From: Candidatus Daviesbacteria bacterium | Lineage (GTDB): Bacteria; Patescibacteriota; Microgenomatia; Daviesbacterales; UBA10151 | Length of the DNA: 64,000 nt | Assembly (NCBI GenBank): GCA_030699125.1 | Contig: JAUYKM010000016.1 | Span: 12,845-76,844, forward strand | Direction: 5' to 3' | Program-made: the position numbers and the translations under genes | The notes under the pieces: model-generated | The model's input: the letters and a program-made list of their open reading frames with translations, nothing else | Databases searched by the model: none | What the model was told of the DNA's origin: nothing | Part shown: piece by piece, positions 1 to 10,385 of the stretch | How positions within the stretch are numbered: the first letter of the stretch is position 1 | Layout: the number at the start of each line of letters is the position of its first letter

Positions 1-927
1 CAATGATTTTGGCAGTTTTTAGATCCATCATTTTATTTAAAACAATCACCCCTCCAAAAGCAGACACTGGATCAGCTGCAATTGCCCGCTCCAAGGCTTG
101 TTTTGAATCTTTTCCAATGGCGACGCCACAAGGACTGTGGTGTTTAATGACACATGCCACAGGCTCCTTAAACATCCTGACAGTCTCGAGCCCGGCAAAA
201 ACATCTCCCATATTTGTCCCTGATAAATCTCTTCCCCATAAGTGTTTAAGTTTGGCAAAAGGCGAGTTAGTGTTAGGGCTCAGATAAAATGCCCCCTTCT
301 GATGAGGATTTTCGCCGTAGCGCAAAATTTCCACTCTTCTGAAGGGTACTGTCAGCTCAGGTGGAAATAGCTCATCGGAAAAATATTTGCCAATCTGGGA
401 ATCATATACTGAAAGATGATAAAAAGCCTTCGCAGCCAAATGCTTTCTTAATTTAACCCCCAAACTGTTCCTGGCTAAAACATCTGCTATCATCTCATAA
501 TCATTTGGGTCAATTACCACCAAGACAGATTCATAATTTTTGGCAGCAGCTCTTACCATTGTTGGGCCGCCAACATCAATATTTTCCACATTTGGCTTTT
601 TCTCAAATGGGTAAAGATTACATATAACAATATCTATTCCAGGGATTCCCAATCTTTGCGCCTGTTTTACATGATCTGATTTTTTTCTGTCATATAATAT
701 CCCGCCTGCTATTTGGAAGCTGATAGTTTTTATCCTACCGTCAAATAATTCTCTGGGATTTTTGGTAATTTGTTCAATGGGGGTCGCCTTTATTCCATTC
801 TCAATTAAAATTTTATAAGTTCCCCCTGTTGAAATAATTTCATAATTTAAAGACCTTAAAACTTTGGCAAACTTTACTATTCCTTCCTTATTATATACGG
901 AGATGAGAGCAATTTTTTTCGAATTCA
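1..927 (-). CDS. purH: Bifunctional AICAR transformylase / IMP cyclohydrolase PurH, 3'-truncated by window edge
   Basis: Reverse-strand translation from ATG at 925-927 reads MNSKKIALISVYNKEGIVKFAK...(MGS-like domain)...GVDIVICNLYPF...GGPTMVRAAAKN...HHSPCGVAIG and continues to position 1 without a stop. It is absent from the ORF track because no stop lies in the window. It sits next to other pur genes. Confidence 0.85.
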
Positions 928-939
928 TATCCAAAAAAA

Positions 940-2028
940 TTAAGTCAGAATTTTATCCAACTCTCCCTTCTGGAGGGCAAGCTTAATTTCCATTGCTACC
1001 CTTTTCCCCATTGATAAATTCTCCCCATATAAATATCCGCTATATGGGGTGGAAAAAATTCCGGGACTTCCCGGCATTCTGGGAGAAACATCAAAAACAA
1101 TAATTTCTTTTTTAGGTGGCCCGGGAATTATCATAGTCTGCAATCCGAATGGACCAATAACCGGGACCTTCATTCTCTTTGTTGCTTTCATAAATCTTTC
1201 TCCAATTGCAAATGCATCTTCCAGTAATGATTCCAGAATACTAACTGAAATATGACCTGCCTCTTCATATTTAATCCTTCCACCTATGTCATGAAATTCT
1301 TGCTGATATTCCGGAGAAAGTTTGGATAAACCTTCATGATTAGTTTGCCGTCTCGTATCTGTACCAATAAGTTCAAGTCTTTCATTTATTGGACTATAGA
1401 AAAAATTAAAGTTAACTTGAACCCCAACAATAAATTCTTCAATAATCCCATTTTTCAAATTATTTTCTGCAATTTCTCCTTTATCTATTCTTTGTCTTGA
1501 TTTCGCAATATATTCCTTATAACTATTTACTAGAAAGAATGCTCTTTCGAATCCCCTCTCCTTTTCCAAAACTTTAATAATACAAAGTCTATCTATGTCT
1601 TTAGGACTATTAAATTGTTTAGGGTATCTGATTTTTTCGCTATCCAGTAGATCATATTGATTTGGTTTAATTCCCCGCTCTTCATATTTTAATAAAAATC
1701 TATTTCCAAACATGGGCACTTTAAATTTTTTCTCAATGGCATTGTAATCATTTATATAAACTTCAAATGACCTATGCGGAATAAAAATTACATTTCTTTT
1801 TATTAATTCTTTTTGTATCTGAGGTTTTAATATATCTCTAAAGTTATTCAATAAAAGCACTTCATCTACACAACCTAATCCATCTTTTGAGGCGTAATAT
1901 TTTTGATAAGTTTTCTCTCTCCCTTTTTGACAGATCACTAGAGTTTTAAAACCCTCGTCTTTGGCTCCACGGCATACATCTAATGCAGAATGAGAACCCA
2001 AGACAGCAATTGTGCGTTGTTTATCCAT
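940..2028 (-). CDS. purP: Archaeal-type formate-dependent FAICAR synthetase PurP (ATP-grasp, DUF1246/DUF1297), paralog 1
   Basis: 362 aa; N-terminus TIAVLGSHSALDVCRGAKDEGFKTLVIC. Further motifs (IPHRSFEVY, KVPMFGNR, FFYSP, GTD.R.QTN, GPFGLQ, FDVSPRMPGSPG, MGKRVAMEIKLA) match my recollection of Methanocaldococcus PurP (MJ0136). Confidence 0.8.
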   Translation of the reverse strand: MDKQRTIAVLGSHSALDVCRGAKDEGFKTLVICQKGREKTYQKYYASKDGLGCVDEVLLLNNFRDILKPQIQKELIKRNVIFIPHRSFEVYINDYNAIEKKFKVPMFGNRFLLKYEERGIKPNQYDLLDSEKIRYPKQFNSPKDIDRLCIIKVLEKERGFERAFFLVNSYKEYIAKSRQRIDKGEIAENNLKNGIIEEFIVGVQVNFNFFYSPINERLELIGTDTRRQTNHEGLSKLSPEYQQEFHDIGGRIKYEEAGHISVSILESLLEDAFAIGERFMKATKRMKVPVIGPFGLQTMIIPGPPKKEIIVFDVSPRMPGSPGIFSTPYSGYLYGENLSMGKRVAMEIKLALQKGELDKILT

Positions 2029-3044
2029 TAATCTAGAACTTCCTTTAACTTATTTTTTTTGATGGCGTTTTTGATTTCTCTAGCTATACGACGCCCGGTA
2101 GACATTGGCTCATCATAAAGCAAATATGTATATGGCGATCCATCAATGAAACAATTAGTACCGGCCACAATTCTGGCTGATATTTCTATTGTAAAAATTT
2201 CCTCAGTTGAGGTAATAATTGTCTCCAGACAAAATGGACCAAATAATCCTTTGGGTGGCATTAATTTTTGAGATACATTAATCACCCGATCTGCCATTGA
2301 CATTGCCTCAGCCAACATTGACTCCCTAACAGCCATCGGGATATTGGCAACCACTTCAAAAGATGGCTCAATATTTAAACCTTGCTGATTTTTTGCAGGA
2401 ATTCGACCCAAAGAATCAACATTAGTTTCATATCGTTTATCAACACTCATTACTTCTAATTTTTTAGTTAAAGTTGAGTAGAAAAAATGAAAATAAACCG
2501 GAACTCCAATAACATATTCCTGGACGATGAACCGCGCTTCTTCAAAGGTTTTCAGCCGCTCATCAAGTTCCTTCTGGTTTTTAGCAACAAAGTATCCCTT
2601 GCCGCCGGCAGCTCCATATGATTTAACAATCACAGGCTTATCTATTCGATCACCCTTTCTATAACGGTGAGGTAGTTTTACCCCTGCCTCTTCCATCCAA
2701 AGCCTTTGCATTTTTCTATTTTCTTCCCAATCCAAAACTAATTTATTACCAAAATAAGGAACCTTCATTTGTTTGTTTTGATCAAGTCCCAAATAAGCCA
2801 CAAAAGAACCGTGGGGAATAATAATACAATTCTTCTTAAGTAGCTGGATTTCAAGTTTTGGAAAATCATCCCAGGATTCTATTTGAATTATTTCATCAAT
2901 GAATTTATCGTAGTATCTATAAAGTGTGGTTCTATCAGGAGTACAAATTACTAAAGTTTTAAACCCTTCATCTTTGGCGCCTTTTAAAATTTGCAAAGCG
3001 GAGTGAGAACCAAAAGTGGCAATTGTGTAATTTCTAAATCCCAT
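2028..3044 (-). CDS. purP: Archaeal-type FAICAR synthetase PurP, paralog 2
   Basis: 338 aa; IATFGSHSALQILKGAKDEGFKTLVIC, IPHGSFVAY, KVPYFGN, FHFFYS, MSVDKRYETNVD, IPAKNQ, GPFCLE, ISARIVAGTN, STGRRIAREIK. The stop/start codons overlap paralog 1 by one nucleotide (tandem). Confidence 0.8.
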   Translation of the reverse strand: MGFRNYTIATFGSHSALQILKGAKDEGFKTLVICTPDRTTLYRYYDKFIDEIIQIESWDDFPKLEIQLLKKNCIIIPHGSFVAYLGLDQNKQMKVPYFGNKLVLDWEENRKMQRLWMEEAGVKLPHRYRKGDRIDKPVIVKSYGAAGGKGYFVAKNQKELDERLKTFEEARFIVQEYVIGVPVYFHFFYSTLTKKLEVMSVDKRYETNVDSLGRIPAKNQQGLNIEPSFEVVANIPMAVRESMLAEAMSMADRVINVSQKLMPPKGLFGPFCLETIITSTEEIFTIEISARIVAGTNCFIDGSPYTYLLYDEPMSTGRRIAREIKNAIKKNKLKEVLD

Positions 3045-3065
3045 ATCGTATTATATTAAACATGA

Positions 3066-4346
<1,281 letters not shown>

Positions 4347-4361
4347 TAAAATACCTTCTGT

Positions 4362-4811
4362 ATGCAAAGTCATGAAAGACCAATTTTTACAGATCTTGCT
4401 AGTCAAGCATTAAATGCTCGCCCTGCTTTTCGTAATCTACCCCAAACTCTCCAACTAGAGGTAACCGACGGTGTTACTCAATTGATCACAGATTTGGATC
4501 GTATATGTAAAAGTAGTTGGAATAACGTAACCTTCTCAGGATGGAGAATCTTAGTTTTCAGTCATCCTTATGCAGGTGATACTAATTTAGCACAGTCATT
4601 AAGGCAACAAATAAAAGATTGTGGTATGCATCCCAAAACAGCTGCTGCTTTAGTCAATGGTTCTTTAAGAGACTCTGTCATGATGATCCAAAGCCATGTT
4701 ACAACCATGGAAGAGCTAAAACGTATTTTGGGAAAGTTTGAAAGAGGAAAAGCAGGGTCAGAAGGCAGAACTTTTCATAGTAATGAAGTAGGTCCTCCTG
4801 ATACTATTTGA
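4362..4811 (+). CDS. Hypothetical protein (149 aa), no recognisable family
   Basis: Intact ORF between purA and the guaA-3'-end remnant. No motif recognised. Possibly cargo of the adjacent cassette. Confidence 0.4.
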   Translation: MQSHERPIFTDLASQALNARPAFRNLPQTLQLEVTDGVTQLITDLDRICKSSWNNVTFSGWRILVFSHPYAGDTNLAQSLRQQIKDCGMHPKTAAALVNGSLRDSVMMIQSHVTTMEELKRILGKFERGKAGSEGRTFHSNEVGPPDTI

Positions 4812-4846
4812 ACTGGATTACGGAGTGGATATAGTGGGTATTAAAA

Positions 4847-4882
4847 TTATTCCCACTCCATAGTTGCTGGGGGTTTGGTGGT
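4847..4882. repeat. Degenerate duplicate of the guaA 3' terminus (encodes ...TTKPPATMEWE-stop on minus strand)
   Basis: 36 nt at 4847-4882 (TTATTCCCACTCCATAGTTGCTGGGGGTTTGGTGGT) match guaA's last codons plus stop at 5432-5467 (TTACTCCCATTCCATAGTTGCTGGAGGTTTAGTGGT) at 32/36 positions. The two copies flank the DUF4258/zinc-ribbon gene pair. Confidence 0.8.
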
Positions 4883-4886
4883 AAAT

Positions 4887-5120
4887 TTAGAATTGAACTA
4901 CTGGTACATCTATTCTTGTAACAGAGCTTTTTCTTTTTAAAACTTCTTGAATTCTTTGATCAATTTGATGACTAACTTTAGCATCAAAATATCTTTCTCC
5001 ACATTTAGTACAAATTAAACTAGGCACATCATTTAATGCAATCAGTTCCTTTCCCCAATATCGAGCAATATCCACATTTTCTCTTTTTAATTTTCCACCA
5101 CATTGATAGCATTTATTCAT
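4887..5120 (-). CDS. YgiT-type (MqsA-like) zinc-ribbon protein, putative antitoxin
   Basis: 77 aa; CYQCGGKLK...VPSLICTKCGERYFD. Two CxxC pairs with the spacing of YgiT/MqsA N-terminal zinc ribbons. Lies directly downstream of a DUF4258 gene. Confidence 0.65.
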   Translation of the reverse strand: MNKCYQCGGKLKRENVDIARYWGKELIALNDVPSLICTKCGERYFDAKVSHQIDQRIQEVLKRKSSVTRIDVPVVQF

Positions 5121-5123
5121 ATT

Positions 5124-5441
5124 TCACCTCTTTCTAATTGTACCACCAATCCATTCTACTTGGCTAGGTATATAATTGGTAACAATCACAGGTTTACCAA
5201 ATCTTAAACCAATTACTACGTGAACCAATCTACCATCGTTAGTTTTACCAGCAATTAGCCTACTTTCTCCTCTTGGATCATCCAGTCTTTCCTCTATTAC
5301 TCTACCAGATAACACTACTTTTTCCACCTCTTGGGCTGTTAAATTATCTTTGGTTCTTTCTTCATCAGCATGATCAGAAAATAAATAATCTTTTTTCTTT
5401 ATTCGTCTTTGAATTTCTTTAAAAGTCATTGTTACTCCCAT
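5124..5441 (-). CDS. DUF4258-family protein, putative toxin of a type II TA-like pair
   Basis: FSDHADEERTKDN...VLSGRVIEE...GESRLIAGKTNDGRLVHVVIG...PVIVTNY fits the DUF4258 pattern. The likely true start is Met at 5429 (MTFKEIQ...), 2 nt after the guaA stop. The track's longer start at 5441 overlaps guaA. Confidence 0.65.
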   Translation of the reverse strand: MGVTMTFKEIQRRIKKKDYLFSDHADEERTKDNLTAQEVEKVVLSGRVIEERLDDPRGESRLIAGKTNDGRLVHVVIGLRFGKPVIVTNYIPSQVEWIGGTIRKR

Positions 5442-6970
5442 TCCATAGTTGCTGGAGGTTTAGTGGTGATGTCATAAACTACCCTGGAAACTCCCGGGAC
5501 TTCATTGACAATTCTGGAGGAAATTTTTTGCAAAATTTCATAGGGGATTTTGGACCAAACTGTAGTCATCACATCTTTGGACTCAATAATTCTTATTGCC
5601 ATAACTTCCAAGTGAGAGCGCTCATCACCTTTGACTGCCGTACTTTTGGTATCAGTTAAAATGGCAAAACTCATATAAACTTTATCGTAAAGATTGGCTT
5701 TTGTTACTTCCTCAACCACTATTGCATCAGCCTGTTGTTGTCTTTCCAAACGCTCTTTTGTCACTTCCCCAATAATCCGAATGGCTTGTCCAGGTCCTGG
5801 AAAAACTTGCTTGGAGACTACTTCATTTGGTAACCCCAGTTTTTCCCCAATCAATCTCACTTCATCTTTATAAAAATTTCTCAAAGGTTCCAAAAGCACA
5901 AGACTCATCTCATCCGGCAATCCCCCAACATTATGATGAGATTTAATCTTATCTGCCTTTTTGGTTCCCCTACTTTCAATCACATCAGAATAAATTGTTC
6001 CCTGGGCTAAAAACTTTACTCCCTTTAACTTTTTGGCCTCTCTTTCGAATAGTTTAATATAAAGAGCACCAATGGTTTTTCTTTTTTGCTCCGGATCTGT
6101 AATATCTTTGAGGGCAGAGAGAAACTGCTTTTTGGCATCAACAATAATGGGATTTAACCTTAGATGTTTTTGGAAAATTTGTAAAACTTCCTCTTTGGTG
6201 CCAATTCTCATCAACCCGCTTTCAATATAAATAGGATATAAATTTTTACCAATGGCTTGACCAATCAAAGCTGCCGCCACTGTTGAATCCACCCCCCCGG
6301 AAACTGCACAGATAACTTTATTATTTCCCACCTTCTGTTCTATATTTTCAATAATGGCATTAACATTGATTGATTGCTTAACGATTTTTTCTCCACAAAT
6401 ATTTTGGGCAAAGTTAATAAGAATTTTTAAACCAAAGACAGTGTGCATAACTTCCGGATGGAACTGCACCCCAAAAATCTTATTTCTTAAATCTGCCACT
6501 GCTGCTGCTTTAACAGAATCTGTTTCTCCTAAATATGTAAAACCTTTGGGGATGATCACCACGCTGTCTCCGTGACTAACCCAAACAACAGAGTTATTTT
6601 CCACGCCGGAAAGAATACCCCCTTCATTTATTATGATCAGGTTGGCCGGTCCATATTCTTTATGTCCTGAAACTACTTTACCTCCCAAAAGACGGGCTGT
6701 TAGCTGCCAACCGTAACAGATTCCAAGAATTGGAATTCCCAAACTGAAAATTTTTTTATCAATCGTGGGAGCGCCTTTACTGTATACAGATGCCGGACCT
6801 CCTGAAAGAATAATTCCAGCCACTTCATCGTCATTCCCGCGAAGGCGGGAATCCATAATAAACTTAACAGCATCTTCCGGATCAACAATCTTTACCAAAA
6901 CACCATGATCCCGAAGTCTTCTTCCAATTAAATGTGCAGTTTGTGACCCAAAATCAACTAGAGTTATCAT
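5432..6970 (-). CDS. guaA: GMP synthase (glutamine-hydrolysing)
   Basis: 512 aa; GATase GICYGWQ, PP-loop VSGGVDSTV, C-terminal ...PPATMEWE. Carries an in-frame palindromic-repeat insertion encoding MDSRLRGNDDE near the N-terminus. Confidence 0.92.
   Translation of the reverse strand: MITLVDFGSQTAHLIGRRLRDHGVLVKIVDPEDAVKFIMDSRLRGNDDEVAGIILSGGPASVYSKGAPTIDKKIFSLGIPILGICYGWQLTARLLGGKVVSGHKEYGPANLIIINEGGILSGVENNSVVWVSHGDSVVIIPKGFTYLGETDSVKAAAVADLRNKIFGVQFHPEVMHTVFGLKILINFAQNICGEKIVKQSINVNAIIENIEQKVGNNKVICAVSGGVDSTVAAALIGQAIGKNLYPIYIESGLMRIGTKEEVLQIFQKHLRLNPIIVDAKKQFLSALKDITDPEQKRKTIGALYIKLFEREAKKLKGVKFLAQGTIYSDVIESRGTKKADKIKSHHNVGGLPDEMSLVLLEPLRNFYKDEVRLIGEKLGLPNEVVSKQVFPGPGQAIRIIGEVTKERLERQQQADAIVVEEVTKANLYDKVYMSFAILTDTKSTAVKGDERSHLEVMAIRIIESKDVMTTVWSKIPYEILQKISSRIVNEVPGVSRVVYDITTKPPATMEWE
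6830..6854. repeat. GC-rich palindromic hairpin element GTCATTCCCGCGAAGGCGGGAATCC inserted in-frame in guaA
   Basis: 8-bp arms (ATTCCCGC/GCGGGAAT) around a 4-nt loop. Encodes MDSRLRGNDDE at a position where E. coli GuaA has no corresponding residues. Same family as 23340-23363, 43748-43771, 59323-59397. Confidence 0.75.
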
Positions 6971-7776
6971 GAGTTTTCCTTAATATAATTTATCATCTCT
7001 TCAAATATAAATGCGCCATGGGGCTTTATGAGTTTTTCACGACGCCAATTAGGATATTGAGTAATATCCACAAATTTCTCAGGATGCGGCATTAATCCCA
7101 AAATTCTACCTGAAGGATCCGTCACTCCGGCTATTGCATTTAAGGATCCGTTTGGATTTTCAGGATAACTTTGTATAGGATTTCCGTCGCTATCAACATA
7201 CCTAAATACCACTAAGTTCTGTGTTTCTATCTTCTTCAACGTCTCTGCGTTCCCAAGGAATTTTCCTTCCCCATGATTAACAGCAAAATGCCCTACACCG
7301 TAGTCTCCTTTAAGAAATACACATTTGCTTTTTTCATTTTTTAAATCAACCCATCTGCACTCAAAATGTCCGCTATCATTAGGAGCCAGCGTTGCATCCA
7401 TTTTTCCCATATTCCCAAAAGGCAAAAGGCCACATCTTACAAGAACCTGAAATCCATTACAAATGCCAATAATCAGTCCCCCTCTTTTTCTAAAATTTTC
7501 TATCTCATCCCTTAAAAAACTTATCAGCTCAATGGCCCAAATCTTTCCAGATACTACATCATCTCCATAAGAAAATCCTCCCGGTAAAGCCAGGATACGG
7601 AAATCTTTGAGAGTTTTAGGTCTATTTCTTAACTCGTTAATATGAACAAATTGCGGATTTCCTCCGAATTTTTTGAAAGCATAAAAAAGCTCATTATCAC
7701 AATTGGTGCCATCAGATTGTAAAATGCAAACATTGACTTTTTTCATCCAAATACCTCCATCATTGGTCTTGACCAA
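6967..7776 (-). CDS. purQ: Phosphoribosylformylglycinamidine synthase, glutaminase subunit PurQ
   Basis: 269 aa; class I GATase with GICNGFQ catalytic Cys motif. 34-nt overlap with purL. Confidence 0.88.
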   Translation of the reverse strand: MVKTNDGGIWMKKVNVCILQSDGTNCDNELFYAFKKFGGNPQFVHINELRNRPKTLKDFRILALPGGFSYGDDVVSGKIWAIELISFLRDEIENFRKRGGLIIGICNGFQVLVRCGLLPFGNMGKMDATLAPNDSGHFECRWVDLKNEKSKCVFLKGDYGVGHFAVNHGEGKFLGNAETLKKIETQNLVVFRYVDSDGNPIQSYPENPNGSLNAIAGVTDPSGRILGLMPHPEKFVDITQYPNWRREKLIKPHGAFIFEEMINYIKENS

Positions 7777-10385
7777 GCTTTTTGTAACCTATCTATATCA
7801 GTTGTAAACAAATTTTCAACCATCAACTTTTCATCTTTAATAGTTTTTCCTAATATTTCATAGGGAATCCCCTTAAATAATTTTTTGGCAATTTCTTCAT
7901 TTTTCACTTCAACAATAAAACATCCTGCAGTTTCACTTAGCAACTTTTTACCATCGACTTTAATCTTTACTCCACAGTTTCCTCCCACACACATTTCAAA
8001 GATTGTCGTAATTGGCCCCCCTTCACTGACATCATGACACGCTAAAACTTGTCCCTCTTTAATTGCTTTATAAATTTTTTCTAAGACTTTCGGTAAAATT
8101 TTTATATCTATATATGAAATTTCATTTTCCAGATCTTGTTTTCCAACTAATACAATTGTTGAACCAATCTTTTTAAAATCGGATGAAATTGTTTTTTTAG
8201 CATCGGGAATCCTCCCAAAAACTGAAATGCAAAGAGTAGGTGGACTATGTAGAACAAATCCATTTGATCCGCGATACGTTGCAGACAGACTATCTTTTCC
8301 GGAAATAACCGGAATTTTAAGCGCTTTCATAAAATCGCAAACAGCATCAACACATCTGTCTAATTTCCCTAACCATTCCTCATCAGGAAAAGGCCAAATA
8401 TAATTATTAATCAAGGATGCATTTTTATAATCACCCCCAACTGCAACATAGTTTGAGATTGCCTCTGATGCTGCCCAAATACTTCCCCAATATGGATCAC
8501 TCATAGTAAAAGCTGGATTAAGCCCGTGAGAAACAATCAGTCCATAAGGCTTATCTAAAATTGGTTTAATAACTGCGGCATCATTAGGTCCATCCATTCC
8601 AACTCCAGTAAATGGATGCAGGGCATTTGTCCCCTGCACATTATGGTCATACATCCTAAGTATCGGCTCTTTAGAATTTATATTCCCATGACTTAAAATC
8701 TTTTCTAAATGGTTTATCCACCCCTTTTTTGTCTTTGGTATGTTCAGGTGCGACCTTGACCAAGGTGCAACCTTAACATTGGTTGCGTGCATAACACGTT
8801 GTGGCAGTCCTCCGTACAGAAACTTCATCTCCAAATCTCCTACTTTTTCTTTTCCATAAAATACTTGTAGCCTTTTGCTGCCATCAAATTCGCCAATTTC
8901 AGTTGTCTCCACATTATATTTTTTACAGATCTTTACAAATTCTTTAAGGTTTTTTTTAGGAAGAACTATTAACATTCTTTCCTGTGATTCGGATACCCAA
9001 ATTTCCCAAGGTGACAAACCCTGATATTTGAGTGGAGCTTTTTCCAGATGAACTGTTACCCCTACTTTTTCTCCCATTTCTCCAATAGCAGAAGATAAAC
9101 CACCTGCTCCCAAATCCTGTACTGCTCTTATTAAGTCTTTATCTCTTGCCTCAAGTATGGCATCAAAAGTTCTTTTCTCCTCTATAGCATTTCCTATTTG
9201 TACGGCTGTTGCATTAACTTTAACAGTTTTCTCGCTCATGACAGCAGATGAAAATGTAGCACCATGTATCCCGTCTCTTCCTGTTTTTCCTCCAATCACA
9301 ACTGCCAGATCAGCTATTTTGGGTTTACCCTTTTCCGCTTTATTTCTTGGCAAAATCCCATATGATCCAACCAAAACTATTGGCTTGGCTCTAAAATCTT
9401 CGTGAAAATGAAATGAACCGTTATTGGAAGGGATACCGATTCTATTTCCATAATCCCTCACAGCTGCCACCACTCTTTTCAATATATAGTCCGGAGGTAG
9501 CGTGCCGGCAGGTAATTTATTTTTTGGTGTGTTTGGTGGAGCCAAACAAAAGATATCAGTTGATATTAAACATTTTGCTCCCTGGCCTGTTGCCACAATA
9601 TCTCTAAAAACTCCGCCAGATCCGGTCATGGCACCACCATATGGTTCAATAGCTGAGGGAGCATTGTGAGTTTCTGCTTTTCCATTTATTGCCAGTCCAT
9701 CATAAAAATCCATTACTCCTGAATTATCGACAAAAGCTGAAACTATATTTTTTTTGTGTTTATATGCTTCTTTTTTTATTCTCTCAATTAGCGGCATCTT
9801 ATTTTTTCCATCAACGACCAATTTGGCTTTAAAGGTTTTATGGGCACAATGCTCGCTCCAAGTTTGAGCCAAAGTTTCCAGTTCCAAATCTGTGGGATCT
9901 CTTTTTATTTTTTGAAAATAATTTTGAATTGTTTTCATCTCTTCCAAATTTAAGAAAAGCTTATCTTTTGATAATAAAAGTAGTTCCTTATCTTCCATTT
10001 CTCTTATAGGAACAACTGCAGTTTTTCCTACCCTTTCTTTTATTAGAAGTGTTGTTGGTTCTTTTTTTACAATATTTTCTATTAGTGGATTGAAAGCGGG
10101 CGCTTTATTTAAGTATTCCTTTGAGGAATCACAAGCAATAAGATTTACTTTTAAATCTCTGGCAGCTTTAATAATTGAGGCGACCTCCGGATTCATTACC
10201 CCCATCTTATAGGCAATTTCAATTACATTGAAAAAAATCGATTTATTAATAGTATAGGTTTGATTTATGTTTTCACAGAATAGTTTTTCAGCCAAAATTT
10301 TTGCCTGTTTTTCTGTTATTCCCTCCAAACGGTAAACTTTTGCTGTTGGATTTTTATTTGTTCTAACTCTAACAGTCTGAATCAT
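7743..10385 (-). CDS. purL: FGAM synthase PurL with fused N-terminal PurS-like domain (PurS-PurL fusion, glutaminase domain separate)
   Basis: 880 aa. The ~90-aa N-terminal region is PurS-like; the rest is the FGAM synthetase (AIR-synthase-related) core. About 140 aa longer than stand-alone small PurL. Confidence 0.85.
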   Translation of the reverse strand: MIQTVRVRTNKNPTAKVYRLEGITEKQAKILAEKLFCENINQTYTINKSIFFNVIEIAYKMGVMNPEVASIIKAARDLKVNLIACDSSKEYLNKAPAFNPLIENIVKKEPTTLLIKERVGKTAVVPIREMEDKELLLLSKDKLFLNLEEMKTIQNYFQKIKRDPTDLELETLAQTWSEHCAHKTFKAKLVVDGKNKMPLIERIKKEAYKHKKNIVSAFVDNSGVMDFYDGLAINGKAETHNAPSAIEPYGGAMTGSGGVFRDIVATGQGAKCLISTDIFCLAPPNTPKNKLPAGTLPPDYILKRVVAAVRDYGNRIGIPSNNGSFHFHEDFRAKPIVLVGSYGILPRNKAEKGKPKIADLAVVIGGKTGRDGIHGATFSSAVMSEKTVKVNATAVQIGNAIEEKRTFDAILEARDKDLIRAVQDLGAGGLSSAIGEMGEKVGVTVHLEKAPLKYQGLSPWEIWVSESQERMLIVLPKKNLKEFVKICKKYNVETTEIGEFDGSKRLQVFYGKEKVGDLEMKFLYGGLPQRVMHATNVKVAPWSRSHLNIPKTKKGWINHLEKILSHGNINSKEPILRMYDHNVQGTNALHPFTGVGMDGPNDAAVIKPILDKPYGLIVSHGLNPAFTMSDPYWGSIWAASEAISNYVAVGGDYKNASLINNYIWPFPDEEWLGKLDRCVDAVCDFMKALKIPVISGKDSLSATYRGSNGFVLHSPPTLCISVFGRIPDAKKTISSDFKKIGSTIVLVGKQDLENEISYIDIKILPKVLEKIYKAIKEGQVLACHDVSEGGPITTIFEMCVGGNCGVKIKVDGKKLLSETAGCFIVEVKNEEIAKKLFKGIPYEILGKTIKDEKLMVENLFTTDIDRLQKAWSRPMMEVFG

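Noticed and set aside
3-287. Plus-strand ORFs 3..287 and minus 46..258 at the window start
   Set aside because: They lie entirely inside the opposite-strand purH reading frame, which has strong family motifs. Spurious antisense ORFs.
1049-1255. Small plus-strand ORF inside purP1
   Set aside because: Antisense to a well-supported gene; no motif.
6700-6888. 62-aa ORF containing IPAFAGMT
   Set aside because: Alternative-frame reading of the palindromic repeat inside guaA. The same IPAFAGMT peptide appears wherever the repeat occurs, so it is a repeat artefact, not a gene.
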